Origin: a virus | Lineage: Duplodnaviria > Heunggongvirae > Uroviricota > Caudoviricetes | IMG/VR virus record: IMGVR_UViG_3300011337_000467 | Span: 31,723 to 95,722 of that record | Reading direction: 5' to 3' (one strand) | Length of the DNA stretch: 64,000 nt | In this document: positions 63,766-64,000 of the stretch, one piece after another | How the letters are laid out: every line of letters starts with the position of its first letter | Numbering within the stretch: position 1 is the stretch's first letter | Made by a program: the position numbers and the translations under genes | The notes under the pieces: model-generated | Databases searched by the model: none | Seen by the model: only the letters and a program-made list of their open reading frames with translations | What the model was told of the DNA's origin: nothing

Positions 63766-63851
63766 GCCAGAGTGGTGGAATGGTATACACAGCAGACTTA
63801 AAATCTGCCGCTTGAAAGGGCATACGGGTTCGATACCCGTCTCTGGTACCA
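63766..63851 (+). tRNA. tRNA-Leu (anticodon TAA), type II with a long variable arm
   Basis: Acceptor GCCAGAG/CTCTGGT, anticodon stem GCAGA/TCTGC, loop CTTAAAA, ~15-nt variable arm, T-arm ACGGG-TTCGATA-CCCGT, encoded CCA. Total 86 nt. Confidence 0.7.
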
Positions 63852-63857
63852 AATATT

Positions 63858-64000
63858 ATGAACAAAAGTCCTGCCCGCGGAACCTTTCACAGCCAATGCA
63901 GAATTGAAGATGTCATTGCGGAAGGAGGCAACCCTGATGAAGATGTTCAACGAGCTTTAGATCTTGAACGCATGATCAACGAACACAATGCCCAACGGTA
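63858..64000 (+). CDS. Hypothetical protein, N-terminal fragment (ORF runs off the 3' edge)
   Basis: ATG 6 nt after the tRNA-Leu CCA. Open to the end of the window (47 codons, no stop). Confidence 0.35.
   Translation, partial: MNKSPARGTFHSQCRIEDVIAEGGNPDEDVQRALDLERMINEHNAQR

Noticed and set aside
1-64000. CRISPR arrays, integrase/attachment sites, rRNA
   Set aside because: No regularly spaced direct repeats with unique spacers were seen, and no tyrosine or serine recombinase motifs or rRNA-like sequence. The tandem structure at 58206-61205 consists of protein-coding paralogues joined by a junction motif, not a repeat-spacer array.

Overview
This window is a densely packed, mostly plus-strand segment of what looks like a large virulent dsDNA phage. 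Coding density is high, start and stop codons frequently overlap (ATGA/TAATG), there are no host housekeeping operons, and at least ten near-consensus sigma70-type promoters (TTGACA-17-TATAAT) are present; all calls rest on motifs read by eye, not database searches.

Recognisable genes:
- Replication and repair: T4-like family-B DNA polymerase, flap endonuclease (FEN/RNase H-like), MazG-like pyrophosphatase.
- Chaperone/unfoldase: J-domain protein and a ClpA-like AAA+ ATPase.
- 7-deazaguanine DNA-modification toolkit: FolE, QueD, QueE, a PP-loop QueC-like enzyme, a DpdA/TGT-like transglycosylase and a YhhQ precursor transporter.
- Genes interleaved with that toolkit: a B12-binding radical SAM enzyme, a GT2 glycosyltransferase, a SAM methyltransferase, a HIT protein, a PLP/amidotransferase-like protein and MetK.
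- Glycan and sugar-nucleotide genes: GT4, three GT10-like paralogues, a GalE-like epimerase, a short DegT-like aminotransferase, two cytidylyltransferases, an LmbE deacetylase, two SGNH-like paralogues and an asparagine synthetase.
- Other: four further radical SAM paralogues in two subfamilies, a Dps-like ferritin, an SPFH lipoprotein, a free-standing GIY-YIG endonuclease flanked by duplicated promoters, and Met/Arg/Leu tRNAs at the 3' end.

The most unusual features are three:
- A 1668-aa polyvalent protein with nucleotidyltransferase, HExxH peptidase, amidoligase, five tandem repeats and a deaminase domain.
- The deazaguanine cluster extended by extra tailoring enzymes.
- A 3-kb tandem array of small paralogous genes joined by a repeated ~20-bp junction motif.
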